Of a stretch of DNA of 64,000 bases, positions 1 to 14,566 are shown piece after piece. The DNA comes from Nageia nagi. Lineage: Eukaryota > Plantae > Pinophyta. The translations under genes and the position numbers were made by a program. Positions within the stretch are counted from its first letter, which is position 1, and every line of letters begins with the position of its first letter. The stretch spans positions 211,854,001 to 211,918,000 of the forward strand of contig JBITNC010000001.1 of assembly GCA_050084985.1 (NCBI GenBank). Reading direction: 5' to 3'. The notes under the pieces were generated by a model, which was given only the letters and a program-made list of their open reading frames with translations, made no database searches and was not told where the DNA came from.

Positions 1-3000
1 TTACTTTAGGAAACCCATGTAATCAAACAATCTCTTTGATAAATTTATGTGCAATAGTTGGTGCATCATCCATACTATTACCAAGAATAAAGTGAGCCAC
101 TTTGGTGAGATAATCAATCATAACAAAGATGACATCCTGTTGAAATCTTATTTTAGGTAAACAAACAATGAAATCCATTTATATCATTTTCTATTTTTAT
201 GTAGGAATATTGTGTGTCTATGAAATTCTACTTGGATCTTGATTCTCTACCTTAACCTATTTATATTCCAAGAATTTAGTTACAAACTCATTAACATATC
301 TCTTCATTCCACACCAATAAAAAATCTTTTTGAGATTTTCTCTCATTTTCACATCATTGGGATGAGTAGAAATAGGTAATTGATGTGCTTCTCATAAGAT
401 TATTTTTCAAATACCACCAATATATAGAACAACAAGCACAAAAATCCACCCTTATACTCAAAATCTTACATTGAAGGATAATATTTTTCAATTTATCACT
501 AATCCTAAGATAATATAGATCATTATTTTAAGACTCTTTCACCTGATCTAACAAGCCAAAATGACTTTTAGTCATAGCCATAAGATGTCTATGTCTAATT
601 AAATCATCTGCAACTTTATTTTCATGACCCTTGATATACTTTATTCCAAATTCATATTTAGCCAAGAACTCCATCCATCTTCTTTGATGTGCATTAAGAT
701 CATTCTAGATGAAAATATAGTTTAAACTTTGATGATCCAAATTAAGTTCAAAAGATCGCCCTAACAAATAATATCTCCAAACCTTAAGTGTGAGAATAAT
801 GGAAATCAATTTGAGATCATGTGTAGCATAATTCATTTCATGAATCTTTAACTTTTGGGACTCAAATGCTACAAGTATATCATTTTGAGATAATACACCT
901 CCTAATACAAGTAAATAAGCATTAATACATACTATGAAATATCTAAATGGATTTGGTATAGAAAGTATTAGAGTAATTGTTAGCTTTTCCTTAAGGATTT
1001 CAAAGGCTTTTTCACATTTTTTAGTCCATTTAAATGCTTGATTATTTTTTTGGAGACTTATAATAGGATTTTCTATTCTAGAAAAATCCTTTACAAAATG
1101 TTGATAATATCTTGCAAGACCTATAAAAATTCTCACTTTTGTTGCATTGGTTGGAGCAGGTCAACTCATGATGGATTCAATCATTTTAGTATCTATGAAT
1201 ACATCATTTGTTAAAATTACATGTTCGATATATTAAACTTGAGGTACATAAAACTCACACTTGGAAAGTTTTTCAAAGAGTTGGTGTTTTCTCAGTACTA
1301 CTAATACTTTCCTAAGAAGATATTCATATTCATCCTTACTTCTTTATTAAATCAATATATCATCTAGAAATACCCAAATAAATTTATCCATGTACTCATA
1401 AAAAATATTGTTCATAAGATTCATGAATGCAATAGGTGCATTGGTCAATCCAAAGGGAAGCACTATAAACTCATAATGACCATTTTTGGTTTTAAAAGCT
1501 ATTTTGTGTATGTTTGAACTTTTGATGCTTAATTTGTGATAATTGGATCTTAAGTTAATTTTTGATAATATGGATAGATCCTTAATTTGGCCAAACAAAT
1601 CATCGATTCTTGGTAGAGGGTACCTTTTTTTAATCATGACTTTGTTAAGTATTCAATAATTTATGCATAACCTCATAGATCCATTTTTCATCTTAATAAA
1701 AAGGATATGGTGACATACTTAACTTAATTAAACTCTTTTTCGATAAGTCCTAAAGTTGTACCTTCAATTCTTGCATCTTGATTGTAGTCATCCTATAAGG
1801 TATTTTTGAAATAGGTTCAACAACAAGGATTAAATTAATTGAAAAATAAAATTCTCTTTTTGGAGGTAATCTTGGAAAATCATTAGAAAATACATCCCCA
1901 AATTCTTGTAAAAGAGGGTATTTTTGAAATATTTCTCTTTAGATTTATCTTTTCCTACTTCTTTAACTTTCACTATATAGATAAACTCATCTCTTCAAAT
2001 TGTTCTTTTTAACTCAATGGAAGAAAGAAGATAGGGTTTGACATTACTTATATCACAATAGATCCTTTTAATTTTAAGATTGAGATAAAAAAAATCAAAT
2101 CTATGTGGGCTTGAAGCTAATACATTCCTAGAATGATATCAAAGGAATGTAAGAGTGCTACATAAAGATCCCATTTTGTGATCCCATCAGGTAGCTTAAT
2201 CTTGACATTTATAAGATATTGATTTACTAAACAAGTTTTCCTAGAGCCATACTTGATTAACCACCCCTCTATTAAAAATTTTAGTGCCTTTGAAATATCT
2301 TGAATAATTGAAGAAGATATAAAGCTTTTTATTGCACCACTATCAAAAATAATTTTGAACTTTTTATTAAACATTATACTTGAGATTTGCATAGGAGTTG
2401 CTTGACCATTCAAGTTAGTTTTACCCATTGCAGCAAAAATCTTATGTGTAGCCAAATTATTCTTTTCTAGATACTTGTTCATAAAATGATCAGGTCCACC
2501 ATAAACCCAACAAATTCCCTTTTTTTACCCTTGAGAATTATTTTGATATTAATCTCTTAGAGAGTAATTTCTTCTCTTAAAAGTTTTTATTTTATCATTC
2601 ACCTTGATTTCTATTTTTTTGAGTATTCTTTTTATTATTACTACCATTTCCATTATTGTTATTCTTCTTTTAAAGTTGATTTTGATTTTACTAATAATTA
2701 TTTTCCTTAAACCTTTTATTACTTTGGTGCTAATGATGTTTCTTGCATTTTAGAAACCCTTTGTTATTCATATTTTATATTTCTTATTTTTTCATCTTCA
2801 TTCAAAATATTATAATTCATTAAAGATATTTTGGTTCCTAAATTACTTTCTACTTAATGTGTTAGATCATAATCTTTTTTTAGAGTTTGTGATTTATACA
2901 TGTTCACTATTATTTTTACTCTAGCATATAATCCCAAAATAAATCTATGAACCTTAAAATCATGTTTATCCTAAGGTACATATTTCAATAATTTAACAAA

Positions 3001-3723
3001 TTTTTGATGGTATTGTTCCACTGATAAATTTCTTTGTTGAAGGGTGTATAATTCATCATACTTATTTGAGTAAAATTGCTTTATTATGTATTACTTTTTA
3101 AAAGCAACCACAAAATCCCACCATGTAAGATTCACTCCTTGAAACTATTGTTGGGCTTTGTAGAATTTCCACCACTATAATGTTGATCCTAAAAACTTCA
3201 TTGTATCCTAGGTATTATGATATTTGGAAGAGATATTTTTCATAGAAAAGTAAGTTTCCATCTTTTCCAACCAATCCTCAGCAACTTCACCTCCATCCTT
3301 TCCATTAAATCATGGAGCTGGACGTTTTTTCAAGTCTTTTGCAAGTTCTTGATTTACTTTAGAACTAATAGGATCAACATTATTATTTCTAACTCTTTAC
3401 TTATTATCATTGATATTATTTTAATTGTTAGGATTTTGCATTTTATTCATCAATATTTTTAACATTGCCTATTGCTCTATCAATTTTTCTTGCAATCTTA
3501 AAATGGTAGCATTATCAATTTGATTCTTACAAGTTTCCCTAACCTTATTTCCTTGGGAAATATTTCCCTAGGATTGTGCTTGGTTTGTATTCCTTCAAGA
3601 AGCATTTCTTTTATTTGTTCCCATGTAACTATAAAGGATACACCAAGGTCTAATTTAAGTTTAGGAAATGTTTTGAATTTAGGAAGCATTTTCCCTATGA
3701 CTCTTAATTTCTTTAATACCAAA
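1..3723 (-). mobile_element. Decayed Ty3/gypsy chromovirus (Tekay/Del-like) internal region: gag-PR-RT-RH-INT, running off the left edge
   Basis: Minus-strand remnants: gag 'GVNLTWWDFVVAFKK' (~3090-3140); degenerate zinc knuckle 'ICWVYGGPDHFMNKY' (~2470-2517); protease 'IIFDSGA...FDIILGM' (ORF 2117-2482); RT '[11 protein letters not shown]...[14 protein letters not shown]...VFLDDILI' (ORF 1347-1637); RNase H 'NYATHDLKL...DHQSL' (ORF 705-1136); integrase 'MDFIVCLPK...IDYLTKVAHFI...EIV*LHGFP' (1-190). Many stops and frameshifts. Confidence 0.93.
3710..3721 (-). promoter_or_regulatory. Primer-binding site (tRNA-iMet type, decayed)
   Basis: Minus strand reads ...GGATGTCTCA|TT|TGGTATTAAAGA, an LTR end CA, a 2-nt gap and a decayed TGGTATCAGAGC. 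Confidence 0.75.
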
Positions 3724-5896
3724 TGAGACATCCATCTAAATTCTACCTTAAAAATAGATATTTTTTTTATAAGTTAACAACTTAACATTTATATATAATA
3801 GGTTTTGGTATTCCACATTTAAGTTTTAGTAGTCATTACATACAACCCTCAAGTGGATGGAAATTATCATTTTCTATTTTTACCCAAGTCATATGATAGC
3901 TAGTTTCAATAATGCATCTACCATGCACTTATTTTAACATAGCCCTTATGTTTCAAACATCTCCCATGTTTGAATCACCTATATAAATTATGACATTTGG
4001 GTTCTTCTTAGGGCCTATACACCTTAGAAGGGTAACACTTTTCCCATCACTTCATGCTACCTCATGATAGTGATCTATTAATGTATGTTGACTAGATTGA
4101 GTTTGTATCAACTCCCATGATGGAACTTGATGTTAATTTTGCTCCCTAAAATTAAATGATGTACCCTTACCTACCCATAAAAAATGCAAGGGATAATCAC
4201 TAAACTTGTAGTAACTACCTACCCATAACTCCTGTAGTTACTACCTTTGTTAATTAATAACCTGCTCGTTATCTTTTGATTAGGTGTTAAAATTTTGAGG
4301 TAGATATATCTTATCATTATTTAAATTATTTTCCTAAATACCTAAAGGTTATTTTTGAACCAATCAATTTCTACTTAAATCCTTTCATCACTTAAGTAAT
4401 GTTAGTTTAAAACTATGTCTCATGTATTAATGTTGATTGGTTAAATAGGTATAATTTCTAAACTTGATTCAATTGGTAATTATTGCAAATACATAAATAA
4501 GAATAAATGAAATAACATGATTACTAATTGCTATTTGAGGTTTGATTTCATATATTGTACTTTTATGAAAGTAAGAACTAAATCATTAAATGTCCGAGTA
4601 AAAATACTCTTTTACAATAAACCATTCATGCTAAATTACCAAACTATTCTTGAAGTATAATCAATCTCACATTCATAATGATTACAATTTTGATATCTCA
4701 TTGAGATATAGATACAATATTACAACATATATTTACATTTCATGATATCCTATTTTCTCCATCTTGCAAGTCTTGAACCACTAAGGTATTCCTACTTCAA
4801 AGAAAAACACTTGCTAGATGCTTAACAAAATCAAAGATAACACTTTTATGTATTTCACTAAGGGTACATGCAATGCATTTAGATGATACTCTTGTACTTA
4901 TTCATTCTAATTCAATGAATAATCATACTCAACATATTTGGAAATAGTACATGCTTCTACTTTCAACTCATGCTCTTAACATATAAACAAAAGGTATGAA
5001 ATGCACAACTTATTTTCCTACCAATGATATCTACTTTCATTCTTGTTTAAAGCCTCAAATTTCTCATTTCCATTGGCATAAACAAATGCAAGAAATGAAG
5101 TAATAGTTATGCATTAATTAAAGAAAAATATATAAATAATAGTACCTTATTATTTCAGCCCTTTAAATCAACATATTTACCCTTTTAAAAATAATCCACC
5201 TTTATTTAAAAATGCTCAAAGCTCCCTTTTAAACCTTTAAATTATTAATATTTTAACAATTAAAATATTAATAAATGTATATATATTTTTAATATTAATT
5301 ATCTAAATTTATAAATCAAATTTATTAATTAATATCGAATATATATTTTTTATTTATTAAATATTTAAAAAAAAATTAAATATTTAATTTTTAATCTATA
5401 TATATTATATTTTTATATATTTTTTAAATTTTAATGGCATCAGGGGGATGGGATCTATGCCCTCATTTCCCCTTGTGCCTCAACATAACCCAGGGCTCTT
5501 TAGCCTAGGTGCATAGCCCCCTCTTACCACCACATGGCCAAGGTGAGTGTTGATGCCTCCTCCCTCATGTAGGGGAGTGAGAGTAGCATCATCCAGCCAC
5601 CATGATGGCTTGGGTGTGCCCATGCCTCTATGGGTCATCTACCTAAGATAGGCCTATGGTGCATTATCTCCCTCCCCTTTGGCCCTAATAGAGCTTTCAA
5701 TTTATTTATTATTATAGTTTTTATAGTTTTTTTTAATATAAAAAATAAACTAACACTAGTTACTTTAAATTAAAATAATAAAGTTTAGCATTAATAAAAA
5801 TAATATTAATTTTTGTATTAATTTTAGAAGTATACTCTTAAATTAAAATAATATTTTTTTTAAAACTATTATAAACCTAAAAAATGAGCATGTACA
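3724..5896 (-). repeat. Probable 5' LTR of the Tekay-like element (outer boundary uncertain)
   Basis: The inner end is fixed by the PBS. The outer end is guessed at 'gagcatgtaca' (5896; TGTACATGC on minus). Non-coding, with a GC-richer core (5435-5700) between very AT-rich blocks. No partner LTR or TSD in the window. Confidence 0.5.
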
Positions 5897-8800
5897 AGCA
5901 TCTAGACTAATTTTAAACCTTGTTTTTAGAGATCATTATCTCAAATTCTAATGGCCCATTCCCAAATCTAGAAAATAGGTTTTGTTCAATTTTACAAGCT
6001 CTTTCTAAAGAGCACTTGATAATGAAGTTTGACCTAGTTTTTATAGATTTAATTCTTGTTTGAAAACCCTATTTCTAGTTTATGTTTTTTATGTAATAAA
6101 CTCATTTTCTTACTAATTTCATATATAGTTTAGTTTGGATAGAAAACTAACAATACCCATGTTAAAATTAAAAATTTAACATTATTATTCAATCAACAAA
6201 CCCAAATAAATCTCTTTTTTTTATTTTAAATTTAATAAAGATGTAGAAAAGTTTGCAAATAAAGTTATCATTCCTATTTTTATATTTTAGTATGCAAAAT
6301 AAGAATAGAAAGGTAAAACTAAACTTCATATAAGGTAAATCATATTGGAGAATACTTGATTTTGAAATGCACAAATTCACCAAAAATACAGAATGATCTT
6401 TTCTCCATATTTCCTTCTATTCTTCCCAAGAACCTAAGTAAACCAAAGCATACCAAAAACTACCATAAATAGGAGCAATAGGAATCCATGAACAATTGAT
6501 CCATCCTCCTTGAGGAAGATTTCTCCCAAAAATTCCTATAAGTTTCTCTTTGAGAACAAAAAAACCCTAAATGCATAATAATGAAAACTAATATTTTTTC
6601 TTTATTTTAATTTAGATAAAAATACTTATTTTAAAAATAAATTTATTAAAAATATATTCTAGTGAAATATCACTAGTTACTTAGCATACACTTTTATATT
6701 TTAAAATGTATTGCTCATAAATAATAAATACAAAATGACTAAATCAAAGCATACACTAACATATCATTTTTTTCTTTTTTATTAAAAATGCTTCATAAAT
6801 GCAATGTATTTATATTTCATCAATACTAGGTCTTCATTCTATTTTAATTTGTAGGTATAAAGTTGAGAAATTAGGCTAATTCATCATTATTTCCAACTCA
6901 ATAATAACTTAAAAAGACAATACAAAGCTATCAACAACTTCGAAATACAAGCAATAAACAAATAATTAATCTCTTTACAAATAGCAAAATGGTTCACTTG
7001 TAGGACTACAACTTCGTGTATCACATGAAACCACAACAGTATCAAACTTATTTTATATAAGTATAGAGATAAAAATATATAAAATAACATATGATTTCAA
7101 TTATTCTAATGCAATTATTCCAAAACTCCATACTCGATACATAATAATCAAAACATGTAAAAGTACAAAAAAGAGAGGGTCATGACACCTTGGCAAGGGT
7201 TATTTGTTGGCTACTCCTAATAATGGGATTAGAAAAGATTCAAAAAAAATAAAATAAAAACATAGGATGGATAATGGTATATGAGTTCATCTTATGTGTA
7301 TGATATCTCACTAATTAGTGTAGAGTTTGGACATCAAATCTCTCAAGCTTGTATAGGTTCCATGCACTTGTTATGCACTCTACTAACCAACAACATGAAT
7401 GGTTTAGAAGAGAGAGTGAGAAGTTGAAGTAAATATAGAAATTATAAAATGTGGATAGTTCTTTAACATGAGAGTGAATTTCCTTAGATAATCAACATAA
7501 GGGAGCCATTACAAAATACACAAGTCTCATATGCAAACTACAAACTATTACACTTGAGTACTACTCAAATCACTTTCTAAATATATTCAAACACTATTTT
7601 GTCCACCTTAGCTAATATTTATGAAATTATTCAAGAAACATAAGATATAAATAATATTCATTCATTCATTTAAGATGAATAAGAATCATTCATATCATTT
7701 TTGTAGCCATAAGTAATGAGAATTTACAAAACACTTAGAATCATACCATATTCACAATTAAGAAAACTTGTTTTCTAGAACATATTAGATAACATCTTCA
7801 ATTGAAAAATGATAAATCCCCTTTAAAAATGATCCCTTTAGGGATATTTATAGTTTTAGAAATGAAAATTGTGATCCTAATTCATGGGAACCCTAGAATT
7901 AACTAGAAAGTGATACTTATCTACATAAGATTTACTCAACATCTATTGGAGAAAATACTCAATATTTCATGGGGTTGATCTAAATCTAATAAGTATTCAA
8001 AATAAAAATTCAAGATGAAATTTTAATTTATAAAATAAAATAAAATAAAATAATTTCATTTGCAACACCATGCCTCTATCCAACTAGTACTTGTGGATTC
8101 ATATATCTAGTTTTCCTTTGTAATACTTAACTTGAACACTTTACCTTATACCACTTGTGAGGATAAATTGGTAGCTTAAAGCAGAGCACATACCTCAAAG
8201 ATTCAAAAATATATATTTTGAAATGGTGCAATAGTCAATTTTCATATTTTTTTTCTCTTTGAAATCTAATATAGAGGTTTAGAGGGACCTTATGGGTTGG
8301 ATCATGCATTCAAAAGTCCTAATTTTTACTTTTGAACCTATGATTTAATATTAGGAGATTTATGGGACCTTTCATAAGCCTTCTTGGGTCCTTAATTATC
8401 CTTCCCCATAATTATGTTAACCTTTTAGTTCAAGTTCTTCATGACTTCACCTTTTCTTGGGCCCATACTTGTCTAAATTCAATCTTAAATACACATGGGA
8501 TCCCCTTAAGCTTGCACAAGTTTCAAGAAGTCATAATTATATCTTTGTTTCTCATGTGCTATCCTTATTCATATTTTTCCATTAAGAACATGCTTCCAAA
8601 TTCATCATTATGAATTTTGGAATCATATGCTTGGCTCCTCTTACCTTATTTTGCTTGATTTTGGGATTTTAAGTACATATTTTAACTATTTTTTTCCCTT
8701 TGGAGTGAATTAGATCCCCTTTCTGAGCTTGTCACATGATTTAAAAAGATATATTTTTATCTTTTGAATCAATACACAAACCTTCCATGTGTGTCCTATT

Positions 8801-9520
8801 TTGGAGCATCATTTCAAAATTTATGATTATAAATTTTAAAACCATATGATGGAATTCTGACGTGGCCTTATCTTGGTCACATCATTTCAAAATTCATAAT
8901 TATGAAGTTTAAAATTATGTGATGGATCTCTTGGTCAATCTTGAGCATATTTTGGTGTCTTTTATTTTTACATTAATTAATTTTCCACCTTAAAAAATGA
9001 TTATCACCTTGATCGTGACCTAATGCAATCTTCTTAAGTGTTTTATTTCATCAACTTTTGCTTTGAACTTCTCTTGGAAGGTTCTCTCGACTTGGAACAT
9101 GTTCTAAAAAGTCATAATCATGATTTTTGATATCATGTGTTGGGTATTTATAAGACCTAATTTACCTTATTACACCTTAATCTCACATTAGGGGGCCACT
9201 CCTATTTGGTGCATGCCTTGAAAAGTCACCATTATGAATTATAAGATCATGCATTGGCCTCTTGGTAGCTTCTCTTCACCTATATTTGCCTTAAACCTTA
9301 TCTAGAAATCTCCTCCTTTTGGCATGTGCTCCAAAAAGTTAAAAAAGTGAATTTTGAAATCATGCAATAACACCTTAGGACTCCCTTTTTTCTTGCTTAA
9401 TTTCAAACTTACCTTGGGTTCCCTATTTTACTTAATTACACCTTCCTATTTCTATACTTAGATATTTTTAGGTTATTTTTGACTCAAACTATTATGTCCA
9501 TGAGTGGGAAAGGTGTGACA
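5897..9520. mobile_element. Non-coding LTR-like fragments of unassigned elements
   Basis: LTR-type termini 'gagggtcatgaca' (7187) and 'gggaaaggtgtgaca' (9520). No coding remnants were recognised and no partner termini or TSDs were found. Confidence 0.4.
8180..9370. repeat. Dispersed array of degenerate ~45-bp palindromic motifs
   Basis: Consensus close to CATG..TTCAAAATTCATAATTATGAATTTTGAAATCATG. Clear copies near 8589, 8808, 8880, 9098, 9212 and 9323; weaker copies near 8188, 8303, 8520 and 8735. Confidence 0.75.
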
Positions 9521-9544
9521 CTTAGCTCTTAATTGGATGATGAA

Positions 9545-9883
9545 TGTTAGTAGGATAAAATTTCATAATGTAAATTAGACAACTCTAATTAGTAGTTAGT
9601 GATCAAATACCATTTGTTAGCTACTTTATCTATTTGTACAAAAGGACATGACTCCATGAACCACTGAATGGGATTGATAAGAGGAGAACCAAGGATAGAG
9701 AGTGTGTGTGAGAGCTGAGTGTGTAATTATAACCAACTTATATTACTTTATATTAATAAAATGCTCAACCTCCTATTTATTATGATTGAATTACTTGCCT
9801 TTACTTTATGTTTTTCCTTTCCATTCACCCATTAATTCTTAGTTGTAGATTAGAACCCCATCGATTGATTTGATAGATCAATA
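9545..9883 (+). repeat. 5' LTR (339 bp) of the 22-kb element
   Basis: TGTTAGTAGG...GATCAATA, colinear with 31625-31977 (shared 'tctaattagtagttagtgat', 'ccatgaaccac', 'aacttatattactttatattaataaaat'). Confidence 0.95.
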
Positions 9884-9962
9884 GTTTCACTATCAAGATA
9901 AATAGAGGATTTGATGGTTGAGTGGATTATAGAGTAATAGTTACAAGTGGGTACCTTTTCTT

Positions 9963-10220
9963 CCTTCATGAAAATCATTGCAAGATTAGTTTTTGAGAGA
10001 ATTGAAAAACTTTAGGAAGTGGATTACTTTATGGATAGGATATAGTAAAGTTGATCGATTTGGTTCATGAAGATAGAAGTTATGAGGTTTCTTTCATGAA
10101 AATCATTGCAAGATTAGTTTTTGAGAGAATTGAAAAACTTTAGGAAGTGGATTACTTGATAGATAGGATATAGTAAAGTTTATCAATTTGGTTCATGAAG
10201 ATAGAATTTATGAGGTTTCT
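9963..10220 (+). repeat. Tandem duplication of a 128-bp unit in the 5' leader
   Basis: 'ttcatgaaaatcattgcaagattag...tatgaggtttct' starts at 9965 and again at 10093, with only a handful of mismatches. Confidence 0.95.
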
Positions 10221-11957
10221 TTTTGTGAATTTTTGGACATATTTTTGAAGTGGATAACCAAGAAAATATAATTTTAAACACACATTCTTATTCCAAAAAT
10301 AAAGTGGGATAAAGAGAATTTTCTACAACTAGAAAAATGAACATAGTCTTGTACATAGAAAGTAGATGAGTGGGTACATAGCACCTTAGACACCTAGACC
10401 ACCAAATTTGCACTTCAAGATTGGGTATCATGAGAAGAAGGAAGAAAAAGATTCTTTAAGGAACTAGGAAAATATTTTTTAAAAACCTTCCATAGATCTA
10501 TAAATGATATTTGATTGACCAAGGTGATACCCCCAACACTCTCTCCTACTTATAGGGGGGAGGCACCTAGGGGGTATGGGGAAATATGGATAGAATAATG
10601 ATTAATTAAATATATATTGGGGAAGAAAAGGGTACAATGGGGAAATACACAATGATTGATAGGGGGAACTTATAAAAGGAGGATATGGTCAAAGAACAAG
10701 AGATAATTTTAGGAAGAGAAAACCTATAGAGGTGAAGAAAAATGAGGGAACCAATTCAACCACACAAAGGAAATTTTATGATTACTAATTGCAAGATTAA
10801 TGATGAAAGGATAGGGAAAATAAGAAGCTACAAATGGATATAGATAGAAATAGGGAACTAAGTTCATTGTTAAGACTAGATTCAAAGTATGATCTATTAG
10901 AAGTTTAGGAATTGATATATAATCATATGGAAAGTGGGAAAAATAATAAGGAAAGAAAAATCAAGGATAGGATTGATCCTAAATTGGTGAAAAATAAGGA
11001 CACCATTAAGGAGATACTGATTGAAAAACTACCACCACTGACAACAATGGTGAATACTAAGGGAGATAGGACTATAGAAGGATTTATAGTAGGAGAGAAA
11101 TGCACAAACAAGAATGAAGATAACTCATTTGGACCATTTGTAAGCTATGAAAGGAGTGCTTCTCTCAAATTGATTTCATAATATATTATATAATATGATT
11201 AAACCTTTAATTAACCAACTAAATAAGATTATCGATAGAGATATTAAGAACCTAGTAATAATAGCTAGGATAGAAGAACCTATAGAAATTGATGTTATAC
11301 CTTAAGCAATTGATGTCATCAAATCAATACCTTGATACTACAAATATTAGTTAAGGGAAACATTATCTCAACTTAATAATGCTACCTTGTGAAGAATTTG
11401 GAGTATAATAAAGGATATCACCATCAATTTATTAACACTATTTTTTCTTATCTCTTACCACATAGTATCAACATATACCATAATAGGATGGATCAGATAT
11501 AGAACATATAGCTTTACCCAACCTAATTATATAAGAAGTGACCCCTAAAAATATAGAAGGAGATATAGTACCCTTTTCCCCTAGAAAAAATAATAATATG
11601 ACCCTTATAGGTATAGTCAATTAGAAAAAAATGATAGATTGAATACCTATTCTCTCATAATTTCTCCTACCCCTCATGCCACTAGATAACCTTGAAATTT
11701 TAAGAAGTTTTATCACTCCCTTTAAGTGATCCAAAACTCAAGGATAGTCCTTGAATTCAATTGTAGATGAAGTATCAAAACCTACATTTAAGGATACCTT
11801 TAAGGTTATACGAAAAAAATATTTTGATATACAAAGTCAAAAGGACCACCCTAGGACTTCCAATTGAGATCATGGGTAGATAATATTGAACCCTCAACCT
11901 AATAGATAATGATAACATAACACCTAATCATAACAATAACAACACCAACAACAATAA

Positions 11958-12193
11958 ATGGCTACTTCTACTAAATTATCTATCTTTCAAAAATACACCA
12001 GCAATACAAAGGAACATTTATTTATACTAAAAATAATTGATCATAATGACATTTTACAAATGAGGGTACATTTGTTATCAATTTCATAGCTACACTATGT
12101 GATGAGGTATTAAAATGGTTTATGAATTTTATAGATCTTCCCCAAGGATGAATAGTGAAAATATGGAATGAGATTAAAGTAGCTTTTGAAGCT
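11958..12193 (+). pseudogene. gag: gag N-terminal part of the 22-kb element
   Basis: '...NFIATLCDEVLKWFMNF...KIWNEIKVAFEA', a retrotransposon capsid pattern, cut by the insertion at 12194. Confidence 0.85.
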
Positions 12194-13439
12194 TGTAATG
12201 ATCCTTCCAATTGCACTATTAATACTTGAGCATTGTTGAGGATTCAAATGAAATTAAGTTTAAATTATTCCATGTGATGATAAATTGTGAATGATAATGT
12301 GATTTATTTATGTCAATTTGATGTTGGCTTCAAGATGTTTTGACATAGGTTATAGGTTATATCAAGATGGAAAGTGCAGTAAAAGACCCAAGGAACTAGG
12401 GGTGAATTGGTGACAAGAATGAAAGGTTAAGAGTGAGAAAATGATTATAATTAGTTCATTGATAAATCCTAATGACCATCATAGATTATGTAGTTGTATG
12501 GTAGAATAATTAGTCATGAATATCAATTTTCATGATGAATGTGTATTCATGGATGTGTGTGTGGATTAACAATTTATCCTATAGAATGAGGCAACCATTG
12601 TAGGTAAAATATATGATTAACTTTATGTCATGAATTTTTGCAATTTAAATTCAAAAAGGAAGGGAAAGGAATATTCTCTTTTTTTGAATTCAAATTTTTA
12701 CTTATAGTTGTTAGGAAATTAAAGTGAAAATTAAAAAAAATAATAGTTAGAAAGGACTAAGGTCACTTTGTGGATGTTACAAGGTATTTAATGATTTATA
12801 AAAATAATTAAGACATGGCCCTAATTATTTTGTTTACTTGTGTTAGGTATGGGAAATATTTGGCATTAATTTGTTGATCAATAAAAAAGGTTTCAAAGTA
12901 TTTAATACCACTACAATCATTAATAACTTTAATAATACCTACCACAAAAATTACTAAAGGGATGAGTAGATGTTCATTTGGATATACTTGAACCTCCTTG
13001 GTTATAAATAAAGGGGTGGAACATTAGGAAAAATACCTATCTACTATCTCATTATTTTTATTCTCTAGCTTTTGGTGTAGAGTTAGTGAAGAAGAGAAGC
13101 CTCTCCCTCTCTCAAGTTCAAGTGCATTCTTTTTCATTTTAGATAATAAAGCTAAAATACCTAGTTAGAGAAGTAGTCTTACTTGGTGTTATTTAACATG
13201 TTGTATGGATGGATTACTTGATAAAGGTTTATGAAAGTAATTATTGATAGAGGCCTTATTCCATTTGAAAGGACATACTAGTTACTTTATTAACATTTTG
13301 CATGTGATTGTTGGTACCTTATCTTTTCTTTAAAAAGTAAAGGGTGTAGGTTATTATATATTTTAGTATAGTGAAGAGACCAGTCAATTAATTTTATTAT
13401 GAGTAGATCATGGAAGTCTATACCTTGTAGGAAATCCCT

Positions 13440-14150
13440 AAGTCTTTTTTTTATCTCTCCAACACTTACAACCATAATATGTGATAGGAAACCATTGTCT
13501 CCTACTCCTTGATAAATATACAACCATAATATCTTGCATTGCCACACATTGGAAACATGTTGGTAGAGGTTTCAAAGTTTGGATTTAATATTAAGCATTA
13601 CGCTCCCTTTGAGATAATCTATTTTTTGCATTTGTTGTCAAACAATTCATAGACTATTAAACAATTCATAGACTATGTATTTTTTACATATTAGGCATTG
13701 AAAACCATAATATTCTATGAGAAACCTATCAACTATGCTTTGATAGATCACTATTCTTTCCTCAAAATCCCCCATGAAGGCCCACACTAGAAAGGTATTC
13801 GCAAAAATTTTAGTGATTGATTTATTTCCTAAATAATATGTCTACTTAAAAGGCTTTAGTGCAATTTTAGAAAACTCCTTTTTGTACACATCCTACTATC
13901 ATTGTAGTCCCAAAATATGCCTCTTATCAAGCAATTCTTGGGCCTAGTAGGAACTTGCAACCAAAATAACCATTAATAAATCATTCAACTACTATTTTAT
14001 GGAACCCCATACTTCCTTCTTAACCTCCCATAGTGACATGTTTTGAAATAATATTGATAAAGGTTGTAGAGTTTGGCATTAAATCTGACAACATGTTATA
14101 TGTGATAGTATTTCAGTGAGATCATTTGATAAATAAATCATAAGTATCTC
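13440..14150 (-). pseudogene. PLS-class pentatricopeptide repeat (PPR) gene fragment
   Basis: Three successive L-type motifs: 'MPNSTTFINIISKHVTMGG*EGSMGFHKIVVE' (from 14079), 'KIFANTFLVWAFMGDFEERIVIYQSIVDR' (~13810) and 'NPNFETSTNMFPMCG...IYQGVGDNGFLSHIMVVS' (~13585). Between them are 'AQELLDK', 'TTMIVGCVQKG...ALKPFK' and 'VYELFDN'. Confidence 0.82.
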
Positions 14151-14494
14151 ATTTTTCTTTCTATTGATGTTGTTCTATACCCAATGAAGTTTTATTACTC
14201 TCCTCTACGTTTATTTTGGAGGATCCTCATATCTTATGAAGACACTTCACTTTTATACTTGATAAGTATCTTTCTTCTCTATCTCTCAATGTTGCTATCC
14301 CTTAAGAATCATACGATTCCTCAAACTAATCTTACTACTTCATAGATTTGATAAGCAAGGCCATTATGCTTTCCCATTAAAAGTATAGAGCATAGGTCAT
14401 AAAGAATGACATTATCAAATATACTCAAAAGACTTGTAGGTGATCTAAGTAGTTTGCGGTATAATTAGGAAGTTGTTCCTTTGGGAAAGTTTGA

Positions 14495-14564
<70 letters not shown>
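14495..14564. repeat. (CT)n microsatellite
   Basis: About 35 units with one interruption. Confidence 0.99.

Positions 14565-14566
<2 letters not shown>

Noticed and set aside
3217-3731. Short ORFs on both strands near the Tekay leader
   Set aside because: They are antisense to gag or span the LTR/PBS junction, with no recognisable domain.
8180-9370. CRISPR array
   Set aside because: The repeats are palindromic but highly degenerate, spacing is irregular, there are no cas genes and the context is plant retroelement DNA.
12194-12781. Short 5' LTR ending 'ggatgttaca' with a PBS-like 'aggtattt'
   Set aside because: No second copy near 17312, and the perfect TSD brackets the whole 12194-17312 segment.
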